Shown piece after piece: positions 37,673 to 49,527 of a DNA stretch of 64,000 bases; within the stretch, counting starts at the first letter, position 1; the number at the start of each line of letters is the position of its first letter. The DNA lies in the NCBI GenBank assembly GCA_963796955.1, contig CAWCNJ010000005.1, positions 192,001-256,000 on the forward strand, read 5' to 3'. The notes below the pieces were generated by a model, which saw only the letters and a program-made list of their open reading frames with translations, was not told the DNA's origin and ran no database searches. The stretch comes from Endomicrobiales bacterium. Lineage in GTDB: Bacteria; Elusimicrobiota; Endomicrobiia; Endomicrobiales; JALOBY01. Position numbers and translations under genes: made by a program.

Positions 37673-38154
37673 ACACAAAAGCGTTGGAGCTGGTTTACAA
37701 GACGCATAAGGACGGCAGGGAAAAGGCCATACTGCTCGGCGACCTGATATTGCAAGTGGACGGCACCGGTTTTCACGAAGACATTCAGGATACCCTGAAA
37801 TTCTTTTATACGCACATTCCCTTGCATTTTGCCTATGAAGAAGTGATGATACGCGCGCTGCTGAAGAGCGCCGATCTGAACGATGATGAAGCGGCCGTTA
37901 TTGATAAAATACTGCGGGAGCACCAAACCCTGTCGTCGGCTTTTGAAAGGATAAATGTTCACGCATTAAAAATGCATAACGGTTTCGATAAAGCGCAAAA
38001 AGAAGATTTCCTACAGCTGGTGACCGACACGGTGGAGTCCCTGATACAACACACTGAATATGAAGACCGGTGCTTGTACCCGATGGCCGATCCTAAGATC
38101 AGCGATAGTCTGGCAAAAAGTATCGAGCAAGAAATGCGCAGGATGGTTCACTAG
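37669..38154 (+). CDS. Hemerythrin HHE cation-binding domain protein
   Basis: HFAYEE, REH and HTEYED..LYP. Confidence 0.75.
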   Translation: MNTKALELVYKTHKDGREKAILLGDLILQVDGTGFHEDIQDTLKFFYTHIPLHFAYEEVMIRALLKSADLNDDEAAVIDKILREHQTLSSAFERINVHALKMHNGFDKAQKEDFLQLVTDTVESLIQHTEYEDRCLYPMADPKISDSLAKSIEQEMRRMVH

Positions 38155-38155
38155 A

Positions 38156-38461
38156 ATGCGCACGCGCCGCACGGAACTGGAAACATATACGGTCGGGATA
38201 ATGATCGGCATGTATTGCCGGGGGCGGCGCCATGCGTCTTCCGGACTGTGCGGGGATTGCACCGCGTTGCTGAATTATGCGCGACAACGTACGGCCAACT
38301 GTCCGCATGGAGAAGCTAAACCGGCTTGCTCAGAATGCAGGATCCACTGTTACACTGCCGGCATGAGGGAAAAGATGCGCTCGGTAATGAAGTTTTGCGG
38401 GCCCCGTATGCTGCTGCTGCACCCGATACTTACGATCCGTCATTTTTTCAGACAGCCTTGA
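38156..38461 (+). CDS. YgbA-like (nitrous oxide-stimulated promoter family) protein
   Basis: MIGMYC..H..LC.DC..YA..R..CP..KP.C..C.IHCY..GPRMLL.HP. Confidence 0.88.
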   Translation: MRTRRTELETYTVGIMIGMYCRGRRHASSGLCGDCTALLNYARQRTANCPHGEAKPACSECRIHCYTAGMREKMRSVMKFCGPRMLLLHPILTIRHFFRQP

Positions 38462-38489
38462 GAGTATTACGATCTCGAAAAGGGGACCT

Positions 38490-39473
38490 ATGCGAATCAG
38501 CTGCGCAGCGACCGTTGTTCTTATGCTGGCTCTGTGCCCTCAGCGCGGATTTTGCTTTGAAACCGCCTACAACGCCGGTGTAGAGAGCAAAATCATCCTG
38601 GTGAGCACGGTTACCGCCGCCGGCCAGCCGGTAGCGTATCCCTTGACGAGAAAACCCGAGGTCACCGCCATGAAAGTGGTGCTGCGTCCGGGGCAGGAAA
38701 CGGGCTGGCACTACCACGCCGCGCCCGGGTACGCCTACCTGATCTCCGGTGAATTGACCGTCGACTATGAAGGCGCGCCGTCACGGGTTTTTAAGGCCGG
38801 CGAGGCTTATTGTGAAGCGGTCGATACGCCCCATAACGGAAAGAACAGCGGCAAAGAAGATACGGTCCTGGCGGTGTTCTTCACCGGTGTGCAGGGGCAG
38901 GAGCTTTCCAACACCGCCCAGCCGCCCAACCCCGCGTTGTCGACGGAAGGAATTGTTTTTACACTGCGGCCGAAACAACCCTGCGCCGTGGACAATACAC
39001 TGGCTGTAACTGCCTCCCGCATTGTTGAAAAAGTTCTGCCCGACTACGATTCTATCGTCAAGGTGTCGCTTGATGTTAATACGCCGGCGAAAAGCGGCTC
39101 GCTGCGCCTTACCTCCGATGGGCGCCGGATCATCTGGGAAGGGTATGAGTTCACTTATCTCGGCGGCTCTCCCCGGGAGGTGTACATCAGGGTGCTGAGG
39201 ATACCGGAAGGCGAATATGTTCTGCTGCCGGAGAAACCCTGCAAGGTAGACGAACGGCTGAGCATAACCGCTACCGGCATTGTTGAGAAAACCATGCCGG
39301 CAAACAGCGCGCCGGTAATAAAGATCACGCTGTTGTTAAAAACGCCGGAAAAACGGCAAACCATAGAATTATCGTCTGATGATACCGGCTTCGTGTGGAA
39401 TGGCTACGAAGTTCTGTATCAGGGCGGATGCATGGATGAGATACTGTTAAAGGTAAGGAAAACGGAGCAGTGA
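38490..39473 (+). CDS. Secreted cupin fused to two tandem unknown domains
   Basis: PGQETGWHYH..GEL..E..HNG cupin motif; C-terminal internal duplication. Confidence 0.75.
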   Translation: MRISCAATVVLMLALCPQRGFCFETAYNAGVESKIILVSTVTAAGQPVAYPLTRKPEVTAMKVVLRPGQETGWHYHAAPGYAYLISGELTVDYEGAPSRVFKAGEAYCEAVDTPHNGKNSGKEDTVLAVFFTGVQGQELSNTAQPPNPALSTEGIVFTLRPKQPCAVDNTLAVTASRIVEKVLPDYDSIVKVSLDVNTPAKSGSLRLTSDGRRIIWEGYEFTYLGGSPREVYIRVLRIPEGEYVLLPEKPCKVDERLSITATGIVEKTMPANSAPVIKITLLLKTPEKRQTIELSSDDTGFVWNGYEVLYQGGCMDEILLKVRKTEQ

Positions 39474-39494
39474 CCAACGCAGTGCAGGAGTTAT

Positions 39495-39860
39495 ATGGAG
39501 AAAAAAATATTTTATCAATGTTCATGCGGCTCGGTGTGGAAAACCAGGGAGGCTTTCCTTGCCGACAGTGATATTATCATCGCCGGGTACCAGGCGCTGC
39601 TGCGCCAGGTGCCGGAAGGCAGCTATCTGTTCGACCATGCCGCATGCCATACGACCTTCGCCGTGAAGGTGCAGGAGTTCCTGGCCCTGTGCACGGGCCC
39701 GGTTCACCGGCGCTCCAGGTTCAAGAGCCCGCAATGCAAGGGCTATTGCCTGGAAAAAAATATCCTGGAAGTGTGCGGAGCGGATTGCAGCAACGCGTGG
39801 GTGCGCGAGCTTATTAAGCTCATACGGGATTACCCCAAGACGGGTAAGAGAGTAACATAG
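39495..39860 (+). CDS. Cys-rich hypothetical protein
   Basis: CSC, H..C and C.GYC..C...C; AGGAG RBS. Confidence 0.65.
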   Translation: MEKKIFYQCSCGSVWKTREAFLADSDIIIAGYQALLRQVPEGSYLFDHAACHTTFAVKVQEFLALCTGPVHRRSRFKSPQCKGYCLEKNILEVCGADCSNAWVRELIKLIRDYPKTGKRVT

Positions 39861-39888
39861 TGCTATTTCGGTATTGAGAGGGACAACC

Positions 39889-40296
39889 ATGGGAAGATTC
39901 GTCGTTAAATACATCAAGGAAAAGGATCTGTCCATCGCTGAACATTCGGGCGATTGCACCGTTGAGGACGTGGCGAACGGGATCAAAAAATATTACGAAG
40001 GCCCAACCTGCAAATTCGCTATCACTGATTTCACCAATACCAGCCCCGCCGGAAAAGTTACCGGCGAGGAAATATCGCACCTTTCGGAGTGCATGCATAA
40101 AGCGAGCGCGGCCCGCACGCCGAACTCCTACGATCTGATAGTGGTGCCGGACCTGCTGATGTACGGCCTGGCCCGCATGTACGCGACCTATCTTAACCTC
40201 AGCGCCAAAAACGAGACCGACCTTAAAACCGAAGTGTTCCACTCACTGGAAGACGCCCTGCATTGGGTTGATACCCGCATCAAACTCTCTCTTTAG
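39889..40296 (+). CDS. STAS/SpoIIAA-like hypothetical protein
   Basis: YGLARMY and VFHSLEDALHWV; similar pattern to 22096..22497. Confidence 0.6.
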   Translation: MGRFVVKYIKEKDLSIAEHSGDCTVEDVANGIKKYYEGPTCKFAITDFTNTSPAGKVTGEEISHLSECMHKASAARTPNSYDLIVVPDLLMYGLARMYATYLNLSAKNETDLKTEVFHSLEDALHWVDTRIKLSL

Positions 40297-40429
40297 ACAC
40301 CGGTTATACACACCGCCGGCGGCAATGTGACGTATGTGAATAGGGGCCATGAAGATAGCGGTCACTATTGACTCAATACCCTCATTTGCATACAATCCAC
40401 GTAAGGCGCTTTAATGACGGGGGGAAGGT

Positions 40430-42001
<1,572 letters not shown>

Positions 42002-42050
42002 TATAACGAGACGAAGGACGCGCCGGTCTTACTGACCACGCTATAAGATA

Positions 42051-42080
42051 AGCCGCGGCTGCCGCCGCGGCTGTTTTTTT
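42051..42080 (+). terminator. Intrinsic terminator
   Basis: agccgcggc..gccgcggct followed by g and T7. Confidence 0.75.
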
Positions 42081-42213
42081 GGCAGGTATACTCAGCGATT
42101 TCGAAAAGCCATAGTGGTAAACAGGTCAGTGCCTGTTATTGAAAAACAATAAACTTCTTAATACCATTATGCGGCGGCTTAGCTGCCGGGAATTCTCATA
42201 CATGGGGGGAGTA

Positions 42214-42438
42214 ATGAAAAAGGAAGAGTTCTGTAAGAAATTGGCTGAAGCTCTGGATGTTGAAAATGCCGGTTTTGACCAGCACGCAAGCTTACAGGAG
42301 CTGGATTCTTTGGCTGTTATGTCGATAATAGCGGTTGTGGATGAAAGCGTTCAAAAGAAGCTTTCCGCGGCGGAATTGATGAGTTTAACAACCGTGGGAA
42401 GCCTGATGGAAAAGATAGGGTGGCAGGAATTCGCCTGA
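42214..42438 (+). CDS. Acyl carrier protein
   Basis: Small acidic protein; LDSLAV phosphopantetheine serine; TVGSL. Confidence 0.8.
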   Translation: MKKEEFCKKLAEALDVENAGFDQHASLQELDSLAVMSIIAVVDESVQKKLSAAELMSLTTVGSLMEKIGWQEFA

Positions 42439-42441
42439 GCC

Positions 42442-43194
42442 ATGATCTCCTTACAAGACAGGCATATTGTAGTGACGGGAGCCTCGTCGGGGATCGGCCG
42501 CGAGTGCGCGCTCAAAGCCAGTAAGGCGGGGGCACATGTTACGTTGATCGGCCGGAACATTGAAAGGCTGCAAAAGACACTGGATGATTCCGATAAAGGC
42601 GATCACGCGTTCTATCCCTGCGACCTTACGCAGTATGAACAAATTGAAAGCGTAATAGAGAACGCCGTCAAGCGCGCCGGGCCCGTTTCGGGCGTAGTAC
42701 ACAGCGCCGGTATGGAGATGACGGTGCCGCTGCGTAACATGAACGCCGCGGCCTACGATCGCCTATTCGCGGTGAACGTTTTCTCGGCATTTGAAGTTTC
42801 CAGGATCGTAACGAAGGCGAAATATCTGTCTTCGGGCGGCGCCAGCATTGTTTTTATCAGTTCGGTGATGGGCGTTATCGGTAAGCCCGGAAAAGCCGGG
42901 TATTGCAGTACGAAAGCCGCTTTGCTGGGCGGCGCGCGGGCGCTCGCCCTTGAGCTGGCCGGTAAAAAGGTGCGGATTAACAGCGTCCTGCCCGGGGTTG
43001 TTTCGTCGGAAATGTCTGAAAACATGTTCAGCTCTTTGCCGCAGCCGTCCAGGGACGCTATCACTGCGGCGCATCCGCTGGGGATCGGCAAAACAGCAGA
43101 TGTAGCTAACGCCTGCGTGTTCCTGCTGTCTGAACTTGCGTCGTGGATAACAGGGGCCGAGCTGGTGGTGGACGGGGGTTACAGCGCGCAGTAA
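42442..43194 (+). CDS. SDR, FabG-like ketoreductase
   Basis: TGASSGIG, YCSTK and ITG..LVVDGG. Confidence 0.9.
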   Translation: MISLQDRHIVVTGASSGIGRECALKASKAGAHVTLIGRNIERLQKTLDDSDKGDHAFYPCDLTQYEQIESVIENAVKRAGPVSGVVHSAGMEMTVPLRNMNAAAYDRLFAVNVFSAFEVSRIVTKAKYLSSGGASIVFISSVMGVIGKPGKAGYCSTKAALLGGARALALELAGKKVRINSVLPGVVSSEMSENMFSSLPQPSRDAITAAHPLGIGKTADVANACVFLLSELASWITGAELVVDGGYSAQ

Positions 43195-43209
43195 AGCAAG
43201 GGGGATGCA

Positions 43210-43833
43210 ATGGGCGTGTTAAGCGCGATCGTGGGGATATACAGGAGCTTTAGTGAAAAGATAGAGCTGAACAAATACAATGATTTTACCATCGCCGAGT
43301 ACCTGCGGAAAAAGGGCGCCAGGATAGGCGACAACTGTTGCATCTGCATACGCGACCTGGGCAGCGAGCCGTTCCTGATAAAAATAGGGAATAATGTAAG
43401 CATATCGTCGGGCGTCGGCCTGGTGACCCATAACATCGCCTGGGGTTTTCGCAATGTGATACCGGACCTGCAGGCATTCGGGAAGGTAGAAATAGAGGAC
43501 AATTGCAGCATCGGTGCGGGCGCGGTCATACTGCCCGGCGTAACGGTCGGCAGGAATTCTATAATCGGCGCGGGCGTTGTCGTTTCAAGGAGCGTGCCGG
43601 CGGACTCCGTGGTATTGAGCGGTCGGCCCACCGTATGCAAAGGTATGGTACATGAGTATTTTGAATTTATACGTGAGAAATGGAAACAGCAAAAACCCGA
43701 AGGATACCTGAGCGACTACGAGAAAGAAAAAAGTAAAAGCCAGGTGAAACTCCACGAGTATCGCAACAGGCCGCACAATAAACGGCTTTTAAGGGAACAC
43801 CTTGAAAAAGTCATGTGGGGAGGTGCGCAGTGA
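43210..43833 (+). CDS. Hexapeptide-repeat acyltransferase
   Basis: IGDNC, IGNNV and IGAGAVILPGVTVG repeats. Confidence 0.88.
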   Translation: MGVLSAIVGIYRSFSEKIELNKYNDFTIAEYLRKKGARIGDNCCICIRDLGSEPFLIKIGNNVSISSGVGLVTHNIAWGFRNVIPDLQAFGKVEIEDNCSIGAGAVILPGVTVGRNSIIGAGVVVSRSVPADSVVLSGRPTVCKGMVHEYFEFIREKWKQQKPEGYLSDYEKEKSKSQVKLHEYRNRPHNKRLLREHLEKVMWGGAQ

Positions 43834-44834
43834 GCGAGGCAAAAATAGCCGAGGTAGCGTACTATTTGCCCGAAACGGTCTTGACTAACGACGAGCTTGC
43901 CATGCAATTTGGCCGGTGGGAGGCGGCGACCATTGAAAATAAGATCGGCATAAGAAACCGCCACATCGCCGGGAAAGACGAGACCGCGCTTGATATGGCG
44001 CGCGCCGCCTCAGAAAAAGTATTCAGGGAATATGACAAACATAAGATCGATTTTCTGGTCCTGTGTACGCAAAGCCCCGATTACTATCTGCCTACATCCG
44101 CCTGCATCCTGCAAGATATGCTGGCCCTGCCAAGCAGCGTCGGCGCCTTTGATTATAATCTGGGGTGCTCGGGCTATGTGTACGGGCTCGGTATAGCAGG
44201 CGGCCTTATTGCCGCCGGTATCGCGCGCTCCGTGCTGTTGGTAATGAGCGAAACGTATTCAAAACATATTCACCCGGGGGATCTGGGCAACCGTACCATT
44301 TTCGGCGACGGCGCCGCCGCGACCATCGTAGATGCGTCGGAGGAAAAAAGCCTGGGTTCCTTTGTGTTCGGCACCAACGGTAAAGGTATGCGCAACCTGA
44401 TAGTGCCGAACGGCGGCCTGCGCGCCAGATACAATAAAGACGACGCGCTGATAACGGACCAGTCCGGGAATATGAGAACGGGCAACGACCTGTACATGAA
44501 CGGTCCCGAAATATTCAATTTTACGATAGAGACCGTGCCGCTGGCGGTAGCGGCAGCGCTGGAAAAGAATAAGATACGCCTGGAAGACCTTGACTACGTG
44601 ATATTCCACCAGGCGAACAGCTATATGATAAACCATTTACGAAAAAAGCTGAAGATACCCGCGGAAAAATTCTATGACGATATTCTGGAAACCGGTAATA
44701 CGGTGTCTGCGACTATCCCGATAGCCTTAAAGAACGCCCTGGACAACGGCACTCTGGAAAAAGGGGACACGGTGCTGCTGTGCGGCTTCGGCGTCGGCTT
44801 TTCCTGGGGCGCCACGGTCATAACTATCAGGTGA
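43830..44834 (+). CDS. Ketoacyl-ACP synthase III (FabH-like)
   Basis: LGCSG, FGDGAAA, FHQAN, GNT and GFGVG.SW. Confidence 0.92.
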   Translation: MSEAKIAEVAYYLPETVLTNDELAMQFGRWEAATIENKIGIRNRHIAGKDETALDMARAASEKVFREYDKHKIDFLVLCTQSPDYYLPTSACILQDMLALPSSVGAFDYNLGCSGYVYGLGIAGGLIAAGIARSVLLVMSETYSKHIHPGDLGNRTIFGDGAAATIVDASEEKSLGSFVFGTNGKGMRNLIVPNGGLRARYNKDDALITDQSGNMRTGNDLYMNGPEIFNFTIETVPLAVAAALEKNKIRLEDLDYVIFHQANSYMINHLRKKLKIPAEKFYDDILETGNTVSATIPIALKNALDNGTLEKGDTVLLCGFGVGFSWGATVITIR

Positions 44835-44835
44835 C

Positions 44836-45267
44836 CTATACGGCAACCAGGTTCAGGGCCGATTCTATAAGCGCAAGATGGCGCCGTTCCTCGCTGTAGT
44901 TTACCTGCAGTAGTCCTTTTATGTCACCGGGAAGATCCATTTCAGATGTCTGCCTGTAGCGCTTATTGGTCAGTTTCTCATAGAGGCGCATCGCCTCAAG
45001 CGCCGCTTTTGTGCCGAAAACACTGTTGAGCGCTTTAAAGCCTTCGGTCATAGGTACCTGCTCCTGCGCGTACGGATCACCGCCCAGATTTTTGCTTATC
45101 TGCGTCAGCGCCGCGAGATGGTGTTGATGGTCTTTTTTGATCTGCTGCAGGTCGGTGCGTATTTTGATATCGGTAACCTTATTAATGGCCTGGTCGTAAG
45201 CGCCCACTGTTGAGGATTCCAGTTTGAAAAGCGCGTCGATCTCTATAAGGATCTCATTATTTTCCAT
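44836..45267 (-). CDS. Ferritin-like (DUF2383-type) protein
   Basis: LE...AY..AI, DH..H, EKLTNKRY and EERRH; GAGGAG RBS. Confidence 0.8.
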   Translation of the reverse strand: MENNEILIEIDALFKLESSTVGAYDQAINKVTDIKIRTDLQQIKKDHQHHLAALTQISKNLGGDPYAQEQVPMTEGFKALNSVFGTKAALEAMRLYEKLTNKRYRQTSEMDLPGDIKGLLQVNYSEERRHLALIESALNLVAV

Positions 45268-45296
45268 AAGCTGCTCCTCCGTGCGATATTTTGCTT

Positions 45297-48200
45297 CTAT
45301 TCTTTTAATGCACGCCCGCCAGCTCCCTTTCTTTCCTGGCCGGCGCAAGCGGCGCTTCCTCCGGGAACTCGGTTTCCTCTCTGCGCTCGATGGCAAGCAG
45401 CAGATACATTGCCGGCACAACGAACAGGGTGAACAGCGTTCCGATGGAAATACCCGTACATGATCACCAGCCCCATGTTGAAGCGGCTTGCCGCCCCGGC
45501 GCCGGAAGACATCACCAGCGGCACAACGCCCAGCACGGTCGCCGCCGTCGTCATAAGTATCGGGCGCAGGCGGATGGTGGAAGCGGCTACTATCGCCTCG
45601 TAATTTGCTTCAAGCCTTCACGCTGCTGGTCGTTGGCGAACTGCACGATTAAAATACCGTGTTTGCTTATCAGGCCTATCAGCGTTACCAGGCCCACCTC
45701 CGTATAGATGTTCAGGCTCGCGCCGCCGACCCCCAGAGAGATGAACATCATCGCCCCGCAGATGGACATCGGCACGCTGATAAGCACGATCAGCGGGTCG
45801 CGGAAACTTTCGAACAGCGCCGACAGCGCCAGAAAAATAACGATCAGAGAAAAGAAAAATGTCAACACCAGCGCGCTCGATTCCTGCACGAACTGGCGTG
45901 ACTCGCCGCTGTAGTCCACCGAGTAGCCGGGCGGCAGCGATCTTTTTGCAATGCCCTGCAGGGCGGCAAGCGCTGTGCCGAGCGTGACGCCGGGCGCCGG
46001 CACCGCCGATATCGTGGCCGAGTTCAACTGCTGGAAGTGGTTTATGGATTCCGGCTCAACGCTTCTTTTTAATGAGGCCACGGTAGATACGGGCACCGTC
46101 TGGCCGCCGGCGACCGAAATATAATATTCCGTTAAGCTGTTCCGCGGTTCAGGCGGTGAGCGCTGCATGACCTGCGGTATCACCTTATACGAGCGCCGCC
46201 CATGCTGAAATAATTCACGTAGCCGCCGCCCAGCATTTTAGCCAGGGCGCCGCCCACGTCGCTCATGGTAAGGCCCAGCAGCGCTGTCATATCCCTGTTG
46301 ATCTCGACGCTGATCTGCGGTTTGTCTATCTTAAGGTCGGAATCCACATACGTGAACAGGCCGGTGTTGCGCGCCTGTTCTTCAATATCGTCGGAAACAG
46401 AGTTGAGCCGGTCAAAAGATTCCGTGGTCAGCACCACGAACTGCACCGGCAGCCCGCTGCCCCGAACCGGGCAGCGGGCGGCGGCTGAAAGCAGACCCCC
46501 TTCAGGCCGGTTATCCCATCCAGTTCTTTCTGCACCAGCGGTTGCAGGGCGGCCGCGCTGCGCTTTCGCGCATCCCAGGGTTTAAGCACCAGTCCTGCGA
46601 TGCCGGAATTAAGACCCTGAATACCTTCGAACTGGAAGATATGGTCTTGCTCGGGAAATTTCGATAGTTGCTGAATACGCCTGGCGGGTATACAACCGCG
46701 TCTGCGCGAGCGAGGCGTTCGGCGCGCCCTGCAGGGAACTGATGATCACCCCCTGGTCTTCCTGCGGTGCCAGTTCATTCTTAGATGTGGTGAACAGAAA
46801 ATAATTACTGAGCAGGATGATGGCCGCGAAAACCACGATCACCGGCAGATATTTCAGCGCGCCGAGCAGGACGTCGCCGTAACCGCGTTCCTTAATTTCT
46901 CGAATTGCCGGGTTACCAGATCCTCAAAACCCGCTTTTTTTCTGCCGGCTTTCGGCTGTAAGAACCGGGCGCTCATCATCGGCGAAAGCGTCAGCGCTAT
47001 TATCGCTGATATAGCCACGGCACCCGCTAACGTGTAGGCGAACTCGGTAAACAGCGCGCCCGTAAGGCCGCCCATGAAACCGATAGGAATATAGACCGCG
47101 ATAAGCACGACGGACATGGCGACGATGGGCCCGGCCAGTTCCCGCGCCGCATCCAGTGCGGCCTGCATGGGCGTCGCGCCGTGCTCTATGTGGCGCTGAG
47201 TATTTTCCACCACGATGATCGCGTCATCCACTACCAGCCCAATAGCCAGTACCAGCGACAGTAAGGTCAGCAGATTGATGGTGTAGCCGAGGACCAGCAT
47301 AATAAAAAATGCCCCGATCAGCGAAAGGGGAATGGCGATAGTCGGGATGATAACGGAGCGCCCGGAGCCGAGCGTTAAAAATATAACGGCCGTTACTATC
47401 AACAGCGCTTCCACGATAGTGGTAATGACCTCGCGGATGGAGGAATCCACATAGCGCGTCGCGTCGTAGACTATGCGCCCGCTCAACCCCGCGGGCAGCT
47501 GCTCTTGAACGGAGGGGAATACCTTGCGCACGCCCTTGGCCACCGTCAGCAGGTTGGCAGAGGGCGCCACCTGAATGCCGATAAAGACCGCGCTTTGCCC
47601 GTCGAATGAAACGGCGGTGTCGTAATCGTCCGCGCCCAGCGTTACATTCGCAACGTCGCCCAGTCTCACTATGGCGCCGCCGGCGGATTTTATGGCCATG
47701 TTCCTGAATTCGTCGGCGGAATGCATACCGGTAGCCGCCGTCAGCTCTACCACCACCATGGAACCCTTGGTCCGCCCGACGGCCGAGATGAAATCGTTCG
47801 ATGTCAGCGCGTTGTTGACGTCCGTGGCGGTAACGCCGTGCGCTGCCATTTTGGCGGGATCCAGCCACGCGCGCAGGGCGAATTGCCGCTCGCCCAGTAT
47901 CTCCGCCGTCTGCACGCCGGGCACCGTCTGCAGGCGCGGCTGCACCACGCGTATCAGATAATCGGTTATCTTGTTCGTGGGAAGAGCGGTGCTGTAAAAG
48001 CCGATGTACATGGAATCTATCGTCTCGCCGGTCTGCAATGTCAAGACGGGCTGCTGCGCTTCCCGCGGGAGCTGGTTAAGCACCGCGTTCACTTTGGCCG
48101 ATATTTCCGTCAACGCTTTGTCTGCGTCGTAATTAAGGCGCAGGTAGGCCTGGATGGTGCTGACACCGAGCAGGCTTGTCGACGAAAGGTAGTCTATCCC

Positions 48201-48425
48201 GCTGGCCTGGGAGATGGCGGTCTCCAGCGGCGTGGTGATAAAGCCCGCTACCAGCGCGGGGTCCGCCCCGAAATAGGTTGTGGAAACCGTGACGACCGCG
48301 TTCTGTGTCACCGGATATTGCCGCGCCGGCAGCAGCCCGATGGAGCGCAGGCCCAAAACCAGTATCAGCAGGCTGACAACGGTCGCAAGCACGGGACGTC
48401 TGATAAAAAGGTCGGTGAATTTCAT
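45297..48425 (-). pseudogene. RND efflux permease (AcrB/MexW-like) with several frameshifts in the 3' half
   Basis: MKFTDLFIRRPV, GLVVDDAIIVVEN, APQEDQG and RPILMTT motifs distributed over at least five ORF fragments. Confidence 0.85.
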
Positions 48426-48426
48426 A

Positions 48427-49527
48427 TTACTCGTCTTCCGCTTTGGGCGCGGCATCAAAGGCGGGCTGGATCGTGTTGTTTATGGCTACCGGGCTGCCGT
48501 TGCGCAGTTTCAGCTGGCCCGCGGTTACGACGGTGTCGCCTTCTTTGATGCCGCTGACAATGGCCACCTGGTCGCCGCGTGTAGTGCCCGTTACCACCAG
48601 CGCCTGCTTGGCACGGCCGTTCTCTATCAGGTACACCACATCGCCGTACGGATTATAGGTTACGGCAGTCTGCGGCAGGGTAAGCAATTGCTCGGGTTTT
48701 CCCACCTGCAATTCCACGGTGGCGTACATACCCGGCAGCAGCAGGTGCCGGGTATTTTTCACCGTCGCCTCGATCCGAATATTGCGCGTGGCAGGATCAA
48801 CGTTGGGATCTATGCAGGTGATGGTGCCGCTTGAGACGTCCTGCGGGTAGGCGTTGACCGTGTAAACAACCGTTTGCCCTACGGCTATTTCTGCGACGCG
48901 CTGCTGCGGCAGGTAAAAGTCCAGATACAGATTGTCCAGCGACTGCAGGCTTACGATTGGGGTGCCCGGGTTAATGAACTGGCCGGGGTTGATGTCATTT
49001 ATCCCAAGTTTACCGTCGAAGGGGGCGCTAATGCTCTTTTTAGCGACAAGCTCTTTTTGTTGCAGAGCCTGCGCGAGTTTGCTTTTTGCGTCGGAAGTCG
49101 CCGCATCCAGCGCCTCCCGGCTGATGGCTTGCGCCTTAAACTGTTTTTTGTCGCGTTCCCATACTGTTGCGGCCTGCCGGGCCTGTATCTCCAGAGAATG
49201 CAGCAGCGCGATATCGGAATCCGCGTTCAGTTGTACCAGCAGGCTGCCCTTTTTCACGATATCACCGGGCTTAAAATGAATGCTCTGCACAATGCCGGCT
49301 ACCTCGCTCGTCACAAAAACGCCGCTGATCGCCCGGGTGCTGCCCACGGCTTTCAGCTGCGGCTGCCAGGTTTGGTAGCCGCTTTTCATAGCGGATACCG
49401 CTATGGGTTTATCCTTGAAAGAACCCATGTATTTTTTTGCCATCATCGCGCCGAAAGATTTATACCCGAAGACACCGCCGAACACCAGCGCCGTGACCGC
49501 GAGCATGATAAGCATACGTTTAGTCAT
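48427..49527 (-). CDS. RND periplasmic adaptor (MFP)
   Basis: N-terminal TM; V.SEVAGIV, ISAPFDG and LLPGMYA. Confidence 0.9.
   Translation of the reverse strand: MTKRMLIMLAVTALVFGGVFGYKSFGAMMAKKYMGSFKDKPIAVSAMKSGYQTWQPQLKAVGSTRAISGVFVTSEVAGIVQSIHFKPGDIVKKGSLLVQLNADSDIALLHSLEIQARQAATVWERDKKQFKAQAISREALDAATSDAKSKLAQALQQKELVAKKSISAPFDGKLGINDINPGQFINPGTPIVSLQSLDNLYLDFYLPQQRVAEIAVGQTVVYTVNAYPQDVSSGTITCIDPNVDPATRNIRIEATVKNTRHLLLPGMYATVELQVGKPEQLLTLPQTAVTYNPYGDVVYLIENGRAKQALVVTGTTRGDQVAIVSGIKEGDTVVTAGQLKLRNGSPVAINNTIQPAFDAAPKAEDE

Noticed and set aside
45297..46900. Programmed frameshifting in the RND gene
   Set aside because: Too many frame changes and no consistent slippery sites.
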